Source: an uncultured delta proteobacterium (GTDB lineage: Bacteria > Myxococcota_A > Polyangia > Polyangiales > JADJMO01). From it: a stretch of DNA of 48,732 bases. This document shows positions 17,374 through 26,564 of this stretch, in pieces. Every line of letters starts with the position of its first letter. The stretch's first letter is position 1. The stretch spans positions 1 through 48,732 of the forward strand of contig CAIXWQ010000822.1 in the NCBI GenBank assembly GCA_903923175.1, read 5' to 3'. The notes under the pieces were generated by a model. The model was not told where the DNA came from. It saw nothing but the letters and a program-made list of their open reading frames with translations, and did no database searches. The position numbers and the translations under genes are program-made.

Positions 17374-18396
17374 ATGTCGCTCGCCCGCCCGCCCAACCGC
17401 CGCCTCGTCCTGCTCGCCGCGCTCGCGTCGCTGCTCCCCGCGTTCGCGCTGATCGCGCGTGAGGCCCCCGCCGCGACCGGCTTCGCCTGCGGCGAAGGCA
17501 AGGCGAACCTCGCCGCCAAGAAGTGCGACTGCCCGGCCGGCAAGGTCGAGTCGACGAGCGCGAAGGGGGTCTCGAGCTGCGTCGACGCGCCCAAGCCGGC
17601 GTCGTCGATCAAGCCAGTCGGCTCGACGGCCGGCAAGCCGGTCGCGGCGGTCGCGCCGGTCGCGCCCGCGTCCAAGTGCCCCGCCGGCATGGTGGCGATC
17701 CCCGGCGGCACCTTCCCGCTCGAGGAGACGAAGAAGTCGATGACCGTCGGCGCGTTCTGCGTCGACGTGAACGAGGTCACCGTCGCCGACTACTCGCTCT
17801 GCGTCGGCGCGAACGCGTGCGCGCGCGCCCCCGCCTACTCGGACGATCCCAAGCTCAATTCCCAGCTGTGCAACGCGGGCCGCGCGGGGCGCGCGCTGCA
17901 CCCCGTCAACTGCCTCGTGTGGGAGGAGGCGAGCGCGTACTGCTCGTTCGTCAAGAAGCGCCTCCTGGTCGACGAGGAGTGGGAGTGGCTCGCGCGCAAC
18001 GGCGATCAGGCGAGCAAGTTCCCGTGGGGCTCGGCCGCGCCCGACGAGTCGCGCGCCAACGTGTGCGGCGCCGAGTGCCCGCCGCACGTGCTCGGGATGT
18101 TCTCCCGCCAGCCGAAGGCGATGATCCCGGGCGACGACGGCTTCGCCGAGACGGCGCCGGTCGGCTCGTTCCCGAAGGGGCAGAACCGCTGGGGCGTGAA
18201 CGATCTCGCCGGCAACGTGTGGGAGTGGACGTCGACGTCCGACGTGTCGCCGAAAGACGGCAGCTCGATGAAGATCATGCGAGGTGGCAGCTTCCTCTCG
18301 GAAGACTCGCTGATGCTCCAGTCCGGGCTGCGCGCGGTCGAGAAGCCCGACGCGCGGATCGCGCAAATCGGCATCCGCTGCGCGAAAAACCTGTAG
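17374..18396 (+). CDS. Secreted FGE-sulfatase (SUMF1/EgtB/PvdO family) domain protein
   Basis: Signal peptide, CPAGMVAIPGG, EVTVADY, HPVNC, EWEWLAR, FPWG, PVGSFPKG and DLAGNVWEW...RGGSF...GIRCA. Confidence 0.9.
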   Translation: MSLARPPNRRLVLLAALASLLPAFALIAREAPAATGFACGEGKANLAAKKCDCPAGKVESTSAKGVSSCVDAPKPASSIKPVGSTAGKPVAAVAPVAPASKCPAGMVAIPGGTFPLEETKKSMTVGAFCVDVNEVTVADYSLCVGANACARAPAYSDDPKLNSQLCNAGRAGRALHPVNCLVWEEASAYCSFVKKRLLVDEEWEWLARNGDQASKFPWGSAAPDESRANVCGAECPPHVLGMFSRQPKAMIPGDDGFAETAPVGSFPKGQNRWGVNDLAGNVWEWTSTSDVSPKDGSSMKIMRGGSFLSEDSLMLQSGLRAVEKPDARIAQIGIRCAKNL

Positions 18397-18426
18397 CGCC
18401 GGCGTTCTTCGATACGCTCGTCGCCG

Positions 18427-21006
18427 ATGCGCCGCGCCCGAAGCTCCGCCGCCCTGCTCGCCCTCCTCCCGCTCGTCGCCAGCTGCTCCGTCACGAACGA
18501 AGCGCCGACCGCCGCGCTCCCCGCGACGATCACGCTCGGCGGCGCCCAGGCCACCGTCGTGCTCTCGACCGCGCCGTTCCGCATCCAAGTGAAGAACGTC
18601 CGCGGCGACGTCGTGCTCGACGGCCTCGACGGCGCGAGCGACCCGAGCGGCGACCCGACGCACCCGTTCGGCTCGCTCGGCGCGGGGCACCGCGAGGTCG
18701 ACATCGTGCCCAAGTTCGTGGCCGGTTGGGACGGCGAGACGAGCACGGACGACCCCTGGGTCCACGGCTCCACCGTCACCGCCGCGGAGTTCGACGCACA
18801 GACCGCCTCGCTCGACCTGCTCGCCCCCGACGGCACCAAGCTCCACCTCGACGTCGACGTCGTGGGCGCCGACGTGCGGTTCGACGCCCGCGTCGTCGCG
18901 GAGCCGTCGCCGCTCACGCGTCCGAAGAACGAGCTCGGCGTCGCGTTCGCGCTCCCCGCCGACGAGCACTTCTACGGCCTCGGCGAGCGCTACGTGAGCG
19001 TCGATCACCGCGGGCGCGCGTACTACTGCTGGACCGAGGAGGGCGGCATCGCCAACGGCGAGGCGGCCGCGCCCGGGCCGCAGAACCCTTCGCCCAACGG
19101 CCCGTCGATGACGCACGTGCCCGTGCCGTTCTACCTCTCGTCGAAGGGGTACGGGCTCTGGGTCGACACGACCTACCGCGTGAACTTCGACCTCGGCGCC
19201 GCGACCGACAAGGCGTTCCGCCTCGCCGCGATGTCGCCCGAGCTGCACTTCCACGTGTTCGTGCGCGACGATCCGAAGCAGATCCTCTCGGACTTCACGG
19301 GCCTCGTCGGCCGCGCGCACCTGTCGGCGCCGTGGGTCTTCGGCGTGCGCCATCGCTACGACCACGACGTGATCGACGGCGTCGACGAGATGCTGAAGTT
19401 CCGCCAGAAGGGCATCGCGATGACGATGCTCGACGACACGACGCACTTCCTGCCGAACGGCTTCGACACCACGACCGCGGCGGCCAAGGCGCAGTGGACG
19501 CACGACGCGCACGCGCTCGGGTACAAGTCGATCTGCTACTACAACGCGTACGTCAGCACCGACTCGCCGCCGGCGCAGCCGCTGGTCGACTACGGCCGCG
19601 CGCACGATCTCTTCGTGCGCCTGCAGCCGACCGACGGGCAGACCTACGGCGACGAGTACATCGCCTTCATGATCTCGGGCGGCGGGCACAAGGTGCTCAC
19701 CATCGACTTCACCAAGCCCGAGGCGGTGCAGTGGTACCAGTCGCTCCTGCAGCGCGGGCTCGACCTCGGCTACGACGGCTGGATGCTCGACTTCGGCGAG
19801 TACCTGCCGGAGAACGCGAAGCTCTACGACGGCCGCAGCGGCTGGGAGGCGCACAACGACTTCCCGCTGATCTACCAGAAGGCCACCACCGACTATCTGC
19901 GCCAGGTCCGCGGCGACGACTGGATGTACTTCTCGCGCGCCGGGTGGACCGGCACGCAGCAGTACGCGCCGGTCACGTGGTCGGGCGATCCGGCGGCGAG
20001 CTTCGACGACGCCAAAGGGCTCCCCGCGCAGGTGCGCGCCGGGATCACCGCGGGCATGTCGGGGATCGCCTTCTGGGGGAGCGACGTCGACGGCTACGCG
20101 TGCAACGCCGATCCGCCGCCCGACCGCGACGTGTACTACCGGTGGGTCGAGTTCGGCGCGCTCTCGCCCGACATGCACGACGAGAACGCGTGCGCGCAGG
20201 CGCCGCAGGGGTCGCCGCCGAAGTGGTGGATCTGGTCCGACGCCGCCACCACCGACGTCTTCGCGCGCTACGCGAAGCTGCACACGCGGCTCTTCCCGTA
20301 CACGTACGCGGCCGCGCTCGAGGCGACGCGAACCGGCGTGCCGGTCATGCGCCACCCGTTCCTGGTGAACCCCGACCTCGACGGCGCGCGCGCTTCGGAG
20401 TTCGAGTACTGGTTCGGCCCCTCGCTCTACGTCGCGCCGGTGGTGAAGCGCGGGGCGACGACGCGCGAGGCGTGGCTCCCGCCCGGCACCTGGTTCGACT
20501 GGTGGACGATGGCGCCCGTCACCAACGGCGCGGCCGGCGCGAAGGTCACGCGCGACGCGCCGGTCGACGTGCTGCCGATGTGGCTGCGCTCGGGCGGCAT
20601 CGTGGCGATGCTCGATCCGAAGATCGACACCCTCGCCCCCGCCACCGATCCGTCGGTGGTCTCGCTCGCCGATGTCGCCGGCGTCCTCGACGTGCGCGCC
20701 GGGATCGACCTCGCGACCCAGCGCGGCGACGCCGTGCTCGTCGACGGCACCACGCTCTCCGTGCAGCTCCTCGGCGGCGCCTCGCCCGTGCTCCCCGTGG
20801 GCTTCTCCGACGCCGCGAGCGAGGACGATCTCGCGACGTGCGCCGCCTGCGGCAAGATCGAGCCGCTCGCGGGCGGCGCGCTGCGTGTGCGCCTCACCAC
20901 CGCGCCCACCGACGACGCGACCGTCGTCGCAGGGACGCTCGTGCTCAAGGGCTGGCGCTTCCCGCGGGCCACGCGCGTGCGCTGGGACGTCGTGGTGAAG
21001 CTCTGA
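18427..21006 (+). CDS. Glycoside hydrolase family 31 lipoprotein (alpha-glucosidase/xylosidase-like)
   Basis: Lipobox LVASC, FYGLGER, PVPFYLSSKGYG, nucleophile WMLDFGEY, acid/base WSGD, WGSDVDGY and EYWFGPSLYVAPV. Confidence 0.92.
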   Translation: MRRARSSAALLALLPLVASCSVTNEAPTAALPATITLGGAQATVVLSTAPFRIQVKNVRGDVVLDGLDGASDPSGDPTHPFGSLGAGHREVDIVPKFVAGWDGETSTDDPWVHGSTVTAAEFDAQTASLDLLAPDGTKLHLDVDVVGADVRFDARVVAEPSPLTRPKNELGVAFALPADEHFYGLGERYVSVDHRGRAYYCWTEEGGIANGEAAAPGPQNPSPNGPSMTHVPVPFYLSSKGYGLWVDTTYRVNFDLGAATDKAFRLAAMSPELHFHVFVRDDPKQILSDFTGLVGRAHLSAPWVFGVRHRYDHDVIDGVDEMLKFRQKGIAMTMLDDTTHFLPNGFDTTTAAAKAQWTHDAHALGYKSICYYNAYVSTDSPPAQPLVDYGRAHDLFVRLQPTDGQTYGDEYIAFMISGGGHKVLTIDFTKPEAVQWYQSLLQRGLDLGYDGWMLDFGEYLPENAKLYDGRSGWEAHNDFPLIYQKATTDYLRQVRGDDWMYFSRAGWTGTQQYAPVTWSGDPAASFDDAKGLPAQVRAGITAGMSGIAFWGSDVDGYACNADPPPDRDVYYRWVEFGALSPDMHDENACAQAPQGSPPKWWIWSDAATTDVFARYAKLHTRLFPYTYAAALEATRTGVPVMRHPFLVNPDLDGARASEFEYWFGPSLYVAPVVKRGATTREAWLPPGTWFDWWTMAPVTNGAAGAKVTRDAPVDVLPMWLRSGGIVAMLDPKIDTLAPATDPSVVSLADVAGVLDVRAGIDLATQRGDAVLVDGTTLSVQLLGGASPVLPVGFSDAASEDDLATCAACGKIEPLAGGALRVRLTTAPTDDATVVAGTLVLKGWRFPRATRVRWDVVVKL

Positions 21007-21009
21007 GCG

Positions 21010-21408
21010 TCAGTTGCAGCCGCAGACGCTGTTCGTCGCGTCGACGCAGGCACACCCCTCGCCGCAGCCGATGAGGCCGCACGGCGCGGCGGGGTCGCCG
21101 CTCGGTCCGCAGATGAACGGGCTCGGCCCCACCACGAAGTTCGCGTGGCAGACGTTGCCGGGGAGGCACAGCAGCGATTGATCGCCGAACGAACAGGTGC
21201 CGAGCTGGGGGGGCTCCACCACGTCGGCCTCCTCGTCTCCGAGCGCGTCGGCGGGCGGCGGCGAGACCTCGTCGTTGGCGTCGCCGGTCGGCGCGGACGC
21301 GACGAGGCCCGGGTCGAGCAGCTCCGTGCGCACGCCGCACGCGCCGAAGAGCGCCGCCGAGGCGAGCAGGAGGGGCGGAGCGAAGGACCAGCCGGCGCTT
21401 CGAGGCAT
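21010..21408 (-). CDS. Small Cys-rich lipoprotein
   Basis: ATG 21408, lipobox LFGAC, acidic/Pro linker and a C-terminal domain with 10 Cys. Confidence 0.65.
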   Translation of the reverse strand: MPRSAGWSFAPPLLLASAALFGACGVRTELLDPGLVASAPTGDANDEVSPPPADALGDEEADVVEPPQLGTCSFGDQSLLCLPGNVCHANFVVGPSPFICGPSGDPAAPCGLIGCGEGCACVDATNSVCGCN

Positions 21409-21560
21409 GCTCGAGGATGGCCCCGGACGCGCCGCGCGATCACGGAATCGTCTGCTCGGTGCGTCACGCAAGCGGTTCGCCAGGAACGCCCCGAACGCAA
21501 TGCATTCGCCCTGTTTTTGGGCCTCGCGAGCGCGCGGCCGCCGGGCTAATTCGCGAGGCC

Positions 21561-22526
21561 ATGGCGAAGATCCTCGAGACGGTGCTCCTGCTCGCGTTGC
21601 CGGCCTCCGGCAAGTCCGAGGTGCGGCGTTATCTGCACCACCTGTCGCCCGCGCAGTGCCGCGACGAGTTCCACATGGGACCGACGGTGCAGCTCGACGA
21701 CTACCCGTACGTGCACCTCATGCGGTGCATCGACGACGCGCTCGCCGAGCTCGGCAAGCCGCGCCCGTTCTTCCACGCGGCCGACAAGCCGTTCCAGGAT
21801 CCGCACGACTGGGGCACCCTCATCGAGCTCGTGAACGAGGACTACGCCGATCTCGTCGCCAAGCGCGTCGCGACGGCGGCCTCGGCCGCCGAGCACGCCT
21901 TCGCCCGCATCGATCGCGCGTCGCGCCTCGCCGGCGCCAGGGCGCGCCTCGCCGAACTCGACGAAGGCACCCGCCGCGCGCTCGCGCAGAAGCTCGAGGG
22001 CGAAGCGAAGAAGCAGCTCGACGAGAAGCACGCCGGCTACCCCGACACGCTCGAGGGCAAGACGCTCGTCGTCGAGTTCGCGCGCGGCGGGCCGCAGGGC
22101 TCGTCGTTGCCGCTCCCCGCGCCGTTCGGCTACCAATGGTCGCTCGCGCGGCTCGCCAAGCCGATGCTCGAGACGGCGACCATCCTCTACGTCTGGGTCG
22201 AGCCGGAGGAGTCGCGGAGGAAGAACTTCGCGCGCACCGACCCGAACGATCCGGGTTCGATCCTCAACCACGGCGTGCCGATCGACGTCATGCTCAACGA
22301 CTACGGCGTCGACGACATGACCTGGCTCGAGGCGCACGCGCGCAAGCCCGGCACGGTCCCCGTCGAGGCGCACGGCGTCGCCTTCGACGTGCCGATCGCG
22401 CGCTTCGACAACCGCGTCGACAAGACCTCGTTCCTGCGCGGCGCCCAGGCCGACTGGAAGCCGGAGGAGGTCAAGGCGGTCCACGACGGCCTGAAGGCCG
22501 GCTTCGAGCGTCTCGCCAAAGGCTGA
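21561..22526 (+). CDS. Hypothetical P-loop NTPase / NMP-kinase-like protein
   Basis: GAGG SD. N-terminal VLLLALPASGKSE Walker A variant, LVVEFARGG and ILYVWVEPEESRRKN arranged as in NMP-kinase-type folds. Confidence 0.7.
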   Translation: MAKILETVLLLALPASGKSEVRRYLHHLSPAQCRDEFHMGPTVQLDDYPYVHLMRCIDDALAELGKPRPFFHAADKPFQDPHDWGTLIELVNEDYADLVAKRVATAASAAEHAFARIDRASRLAGARARLAELDEGTRRALAQKLEGEAKKQLDEKHAGYPDTLEGKTLVVEFARGGPQGSSLPLPAPFGYQWSLARLAKPMLETATILYVWVEPEESRRKNFARTDPNDPGSILNHGVPIDVMLNDYGVDDMTWLEAHARKPGTVPVEAHGVAFDVPIARFDNRVDKTSFLRGAQADWKPEEVKAVHDGLKAGFERLAKG

Positions 22527-22601
22527 GCCGCCGGATCGAGCGCGGGCGCTGGCGGCCGTGTCGGCTGCGCGCCATCATGGGATCAACCGAGGAGGTCCGA
22601 C

Positions 22602-22736
22602 GTGAAGGCACTGCGCACCGGCAAGCCCCGCAACGTGAAGGTCGTCGCCAAGATCAAGGACCTCGAGCTGCTGCGCAGCGTCGCGCGCTGCTGCGGGCAC
22701 CCGAAGGTCCGCTGCTGCGGCCACGTCTCGCGCTGA
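22602..22736 (+). CDS. Unannotated 44-aa basic peptide with two RCCGH motifs
   Basis: Strong SD GAGGAGG about 6 nt before the GTG and high GC3 codon usage. Translation MKALRTGKPRNVKVVAKIKDLELLRSVARCCGHPKVRCCGHVSR, followed by a terminator. Confidence 0.72.
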   Translation: MKALRTGKPRNVKVVAKIKDLELLRSVARCCGHPKVRCCGHVSR

Positions 22737-22756
22737 ACCCTCCCGTCTGATCGCGT

Positions 22757-22799
22757 CGCGCCCCGCGCTCGTTCGTCGAGCCGGGGCGCGCGGCTTTTT
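22757..22799 (+). terminator. Rho-independent terminator
   Basis: Stem CGCGCCCCG...CGGGGCGCG with inner CTCG/CGAG pairing, followed by TTTTT at 22795-22799. Confidence 0.6.
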
Positions 22800-22876
22800 G
22801 CAGCGACGCCGCGGTGGCCGTGCGGGAACGGAGCTCGGCTCGACAGCGCGCGCGCCTTGCTCGATGCTCCGCCCCC

Positions 22877-23476
22877 ATGTCCGACGTGAGCGAAGTCATC
22901 AACGAGGCCGTCGAGAGCGCGCACGAGTCGAAGCTCAACTCGGTGATCGCGCTGTCGGTCGCCGTGAGCGCGACGTGGATGGCGATCTGCAACGTCAAGG
23001 GCGGCAACGTCGTGCAGGCGATGGCGAAGACGCAGGTCGCCTCGAACAACGCGTGGTCGTACTACCAGAGCAAGTCGACCAAGCAGAACATCGCCGAGAG
23101 CGCCGTCGTGCAGCTCGAGATCGAGCGCGACGCCATCCCCGGGCTCACCGCCGAGGGCAAGGCGGAGATGCAGACGAAGATCGATCGCTACAAGACCGAG
23201 GTCGCGCGTTACGGCAAGGAGAAGGAGGAGATCAAGAAGAACGCCGAGACGCTCGAGAAGGAGTACGACCGGCTCTCGTTCAAGGACGATCAGTTCGACA
23301 TCGGCGAGGCGTCGACCTCGGTCGCGCTCGCGCTCTTCGGCGTCACCGCGCTCACGCAGAAGCGCTGGCTGCTCGTGGTGGCGTTCGTGTTCGCGGGCTG
23401 CGGGGCGCTGATCGGCGTGCTCGGCTTCGCGGGCTCGCTGTACCGGCCGGAGTGGCTCGCGAAGCTGCTCGGCTGA
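22877..23476 (+). CDS. DUF4337 family membrane protein
   Basis: N-terminal TM, WSYYQSKSTKQ motif, coiled coil and two C-terminal TMs. Confidence 0.82.
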   Translation: MSDVSEVINEAVESAHESKLNSVIALSVAVSATWMAICNVKGGNVVQAMAKTQVASNNAWSYYQSKSTKQNIAESAVVQLEIERDAIPGLTAEGKAEMQTKIDRYKTEVARYGKEKEEIKKNAETLEKEYDRLSFKDDQFDIGEASTSVALALFGVTALTQKRWLLVVAFVFAGCGALIGVLGFAGSLYRPEWLAKLLG

Positions 23477-23590
23477 TCGAGCGCGCGTCCACTCGCGGCG
23501 TTCGCCGTGAGGGCGCACACGACGCAGCGAGCTGACCGCAGGCGCCTTTCGCGTCGTGCGCCGCCCGCCGACATCCGCTACGCCCTCTGG

Positions 23591-25735
23591 ATGTCCCAGC
23601 CCCGTGTGGAGCGCGCCGCGACCTGCATGCTCTGCGAGGCCGCGTGCGGCCTGTCGGTCGACCTCGAGGGCGGGCGCGCCGTGTCGGTCCGCGGTGACCG
23701 CGACGATCCGTTCAGCCGCGGCCACGTCTGCCCGAAGGCGGCCGCGATCGACGACGTCGCGAGCGACCCCGATCGCGTGCGCACACCGCTGCGGCGCGTG
23801 CCGGGCACGGAGGATCGCTGGGAGCCGGTGACGTGGAGCGAGGCGCTCGAGGAGGCCGGCACACGGCTCGCGGCGGTGCAGGCGCGCCACGGCCGCGGTG
23901 CGCTCGGGCTCTACCTCGGCAACCCGACGGTGCACTCGTACACGGCGATGCTCGGCGCCTCGCTGCTCTCTCGCGCGATCGGCAGCCGCGCGCGCTTCTC
24001 GGCGACCTCGGTCGACCAGCTGCCGCAGATGCTCGCCTCGCTCGAGATGCTCGGGCACTCGCTCTTGCTGCCGATCCCGGACGTGGATCGCACCTCGTTC
24101 CTCCTCGTGATCGGCGCCAACCCGCGCGCGTCCAACGGCAGCCTGATGACCGCGCCCGGCATCGGCGCGCGGCTCGACGCGCTCGCCGCGCGGGGCGGCA
24201 AGCTCGTCGTCGTCGATCCCCGCCGCACCGAGACGGCGGCGCGCGCCGACCTCCACCTCGCGGTGCGCCCGGGCGGCGACGCGCACCTGCTGCTCGGCGT
24301 GCTGCACGTGATCTTCGCCGAGGGGCTCGCGGCGCCCGGGCGGCTCGCGGGCTTCACCGACGGCCTCGACCGCCTCGCCGCGATCGCCGCGCGGTTCACG
24401 CCCGAGCGCGTCGCGGCCCGCGCGGGGATCGACGCGCAGGCCATCCGCACGCTCGCGCGCGACTTCGCGAGGGCGCCGCGCGCGGTCTGCTACGCGCGCG
24501 TCGGCGCCTGCACGCAGGAGCACGGCGGCCTGGTCGCGTGGCTCGTGCTGGCGCTGAACGTGGTGACCGGCAACCTCGATCGCCCCGGCGGCGCGATGTT
24601 CACCACGCCGGCCGCGGACCTCGTGGGCCTGCTCGCCAAGAGCGGAGATCGCGGCGGCTTCGCGCGCTACCGCTCGCGCGTACGTGGCCTGCCGGAGTTC
24701 GGCGGCGAGCTGCCGTCGGCCGCGCTCGCCGAGGAGCTCGACACGCCGGGCAAGGGGCAGGTGCGCGCGCTGGTGACGTTCGCCGGCAACCCCGTGCTGT
24801 CGACCCCGAACGGCGGGCGGCTCGATCGCGCGCTCGCCGGGCTCGATTTCATGGTGTCGATCGATCTCTACCGCAACGAGACGACGCGCCACGCGAACCT
24901 GATCCTCCCGACCACCTTCGGCTTCGAGCGCGAGCATTTCGATCTCGCGTTCAACGCGCTCGCCGTCCGCGACGTGGCGAAGCTCGCTCCCGCGCTGGTG
25001 CCGCCGCCGCCCGGGGTGCGCCACGACTTCGACGTGCTGGTCGGGCTCGCCCAGGCGCTCCGTCGCCACGGGGGAGGGCGGCCGGGGGCCGCGACGACGC
25101 TCACGCTCGCCGGCGCGCGCGCGCTCGGTCCGCGTCGCGCCCTCGACGCGATGCTGCGCCTCGGCCCGCGCAGGACCTCGCTCGCCGCGCTCGCCCGCGC
25201 GCCGCACGGGGTCGACTACGGGCCGCTCGAGGCGCGGCTCCCCGGACGCCTGTTCACCGAGGACCGGCGCATCCGGCTCGTCCCCGCGCTCTTCGAGGGC
25301 GATCTCGCGCGGCTCGAGGCGACGCTCGAAGGGCCGCGCGCGCAGGAGTCGCTCGAGCTGATCGGGCGACGGCTCCTGCGCAGCAACAACTCGTGGATGC
25401 ACAACGCCCTGCGGCTCGTGAAGGGGCGCGCTGCCTGCACGCTGCTCGTCCACCCCGACGACGCGGCCCAGCGCGGGCTCGCCACCGGCGACGTCGCGCT
25501 GGTGCGCTCGCGGGTCGGCGAGGTTCGCGTCGCCGTGGAGCTCAGCGACGACGTCGCGCGCGGCGTCGTCTGCTTGCCGCACGGCTACGGTCACGATCGG
25601 CCGGCAGTCGCGCTCTCGGTCGCGAGGGCGCACGCCGGGGCGAGCCTCAACGATCTCAGCGACGAGCTGCGCGTCGACGCGCTCTCTGGCAACGCCGCGT
25701 TCAGCGGAACTCCGGTCTTCGTCGCCAAGGCGTGA
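23591..25735 (+). CDS. Molybdopterin (bis-MGD) oxidoreductase, DMSO reductase family catalytic subunit
   Basis: CMLCEAACG...GHVCPK 4Fe-4S motif, GANP..SNGS, VVVDPRRTETA, NETTRHANLILP and a C-terminal molydop-binding domain (RSNNSWMHN, VHPDDA, LPHGYGH). Confidence 0.93.
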   Translation: MSQPRVERAATCMLCEAACGLSVDLEGGRAVSVRGDRDDPFSRGHVCPKAAAIDDVASDPDRVRTPLRRVPGTEDRWEPVTWSEALEEAGTRLAAVQARHGRGALGLYLGNPTVHSYTAMLGASLLSRAIGSRARFSATSVDQLPQMLASLEMLGHSLLLPIPDVDRTSFLLVIGANPRASNGSLMTAPGIGARLDALAARGGKLVVVDPRRTETAARADLHLAVRPGGDAHLLLGVLHVIFAEGLAAPGRLAGFTDGLDRLAAIAARFTPERVAARAGIDAQAIRTLARDFARAPRAVCYARVGACTQEHGGLVAWLVLALNVVTGNLDRPGGAMFTTPAADLVGLLAKSGDRGGFARYRSRVRGLPEFGGELPSAALAEELDTPGKGQVRALVTFAGNPVLSTPNGGRLDRALAGLDFMVSIDLYRNETTRHANLILPTTFGFEREHFDLAFNALAVRDVAKLAPALVPPPPGVRHDFDVLVGLAQALRRHGGGRPGAATTLTLAGARALGPRRALDAMLRLGPRRTSLAALARAPHGVDYGPLEARLPGRLFTEDRRIRLVPALFEGDLARLEATLEGPRAQESLELIGRRLLRSNNSWMHNALRLVKGRAACTLLVHPDDAAQRGLATGDVALVRSRVGEVRVAVELSDDVARGVVCLPHGYGHDRPAVALSVARAHAGASLNDLSDELRVDALSGNAAFSGTPVFVAKA

Positions 25736-25975
25736 GCGCGCCGACGCGCCGTGCCGAGTCGCGATTCGGGACGACGGGGCGCGTCACGGCGCGTCTGCTC
25801 CGAGGCGTGCGTCGCGCGCTACGCACCCGACTTCGCCGTCGCTTTCGCAGTGGGCCGGAGATTCTGCGAATTCCGCACGAAGCTTCGGTGGTCGTGAGAT
25901 TGCTTGGGTCAGGCGGACGAAGTACCGAGTTGGAGGCGTGGCGCGCGAGACGCGCGCCGACGGGAGGCAGGCTCC

Positions 25976-26485
25976 ATGAAGACGAATGGTTCCGCGAGCG
26001 CCACGCGATCGCCGGGTGCGACCGCGACGTCCGAGTCGGCCCCCGACGCCGAGCTGGCGCCCGAGATCCTCGACCTGCTCGAGAAGAGCGCCGCGGTCCC
26101 GCACGGCCTCGCGTTCGTGCACTGCGCACCGCCCGAGTGCGTCGCGGCCGCCCTCGGCGTCCATCCGGACACCGTCGAGGCCACCTGCGAGTGCCTCGAT
26201 CACGAGCCGCGCGGCGCGGTGATCCGCGAGTACACCAAGGCGGTCGAGCGGCGCCGCACCATGCCGCCCCCGGCACCGTCCGCGCCCGTCCTGCGCACGC
26301 CGCGCGGCCCCGACGACGTCATCGCGGCCGCCGAGCGCCACGTGCTCGGGCTCCCGTTCCTGATGGGCGCGCCGCTGGAGACCGCCGCGATCATGTTCGC
26401 GGCGCACCCCGACGTCGTCTCCGAGGCGCGCGAGCGGCTCACCCGCCGCGGCGTCCTCCACGAGCGCGCAGGCGACGACGCCTGA
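25976..26485 (+). CDS. Hypothetical protein with an internally duplicated ~45-aa domain
   Basis: GGAGG SD. HGLAFVHCAPPECVAAALGVHPDTVEA resembles LGLPFLMGAPLETAAIMFAAHPDVVSE. A terminator follows. Confidence 0.7.
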   Translation: MKTNGSASATRSPGATATSESAPDAELAPEILDLLEKSAAVPHGLAFVHCAPPECVAAALGVHPDTVEATCECLDHEPRGAVIREYTKAVERRRTMPPPAPSAPVLRTPRGPDDVIAAAERHVLGLPFLMGAPLETAAIMFAAHPDVVSEARERLTRRGVLHERAGDDA

Positions 26486-26510
26486 AGCCGCGAGCGTCGA
26501 GCCTGAAATG

Positions 26511-26546
26511 GCGAAAGCCCCAGCAATGGGGCTTTCGCGTTTTTTA
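26511..26546 (+). terminator. Rho-independent terminator
   Basis: 12-bp perfect stem GCGAAAGCCCCA-GCAA-TGGGGCTTTCGC followed by GTTTTTTA, between convergent genes. Confidence 0.88.
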
Positions 26547-26564
26547 TCGAGGGGCTTGCGACGC

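Noticed and set aside
16700-18396. FGE/C-type-lectin-fold domains as diversity-generating retroelement targets
   Set aside because: No reverse transcriptase and no template/variable repeat pair is visible. Kinase-FGE fusions and secreted FGE proteins are common in myxobacteria.
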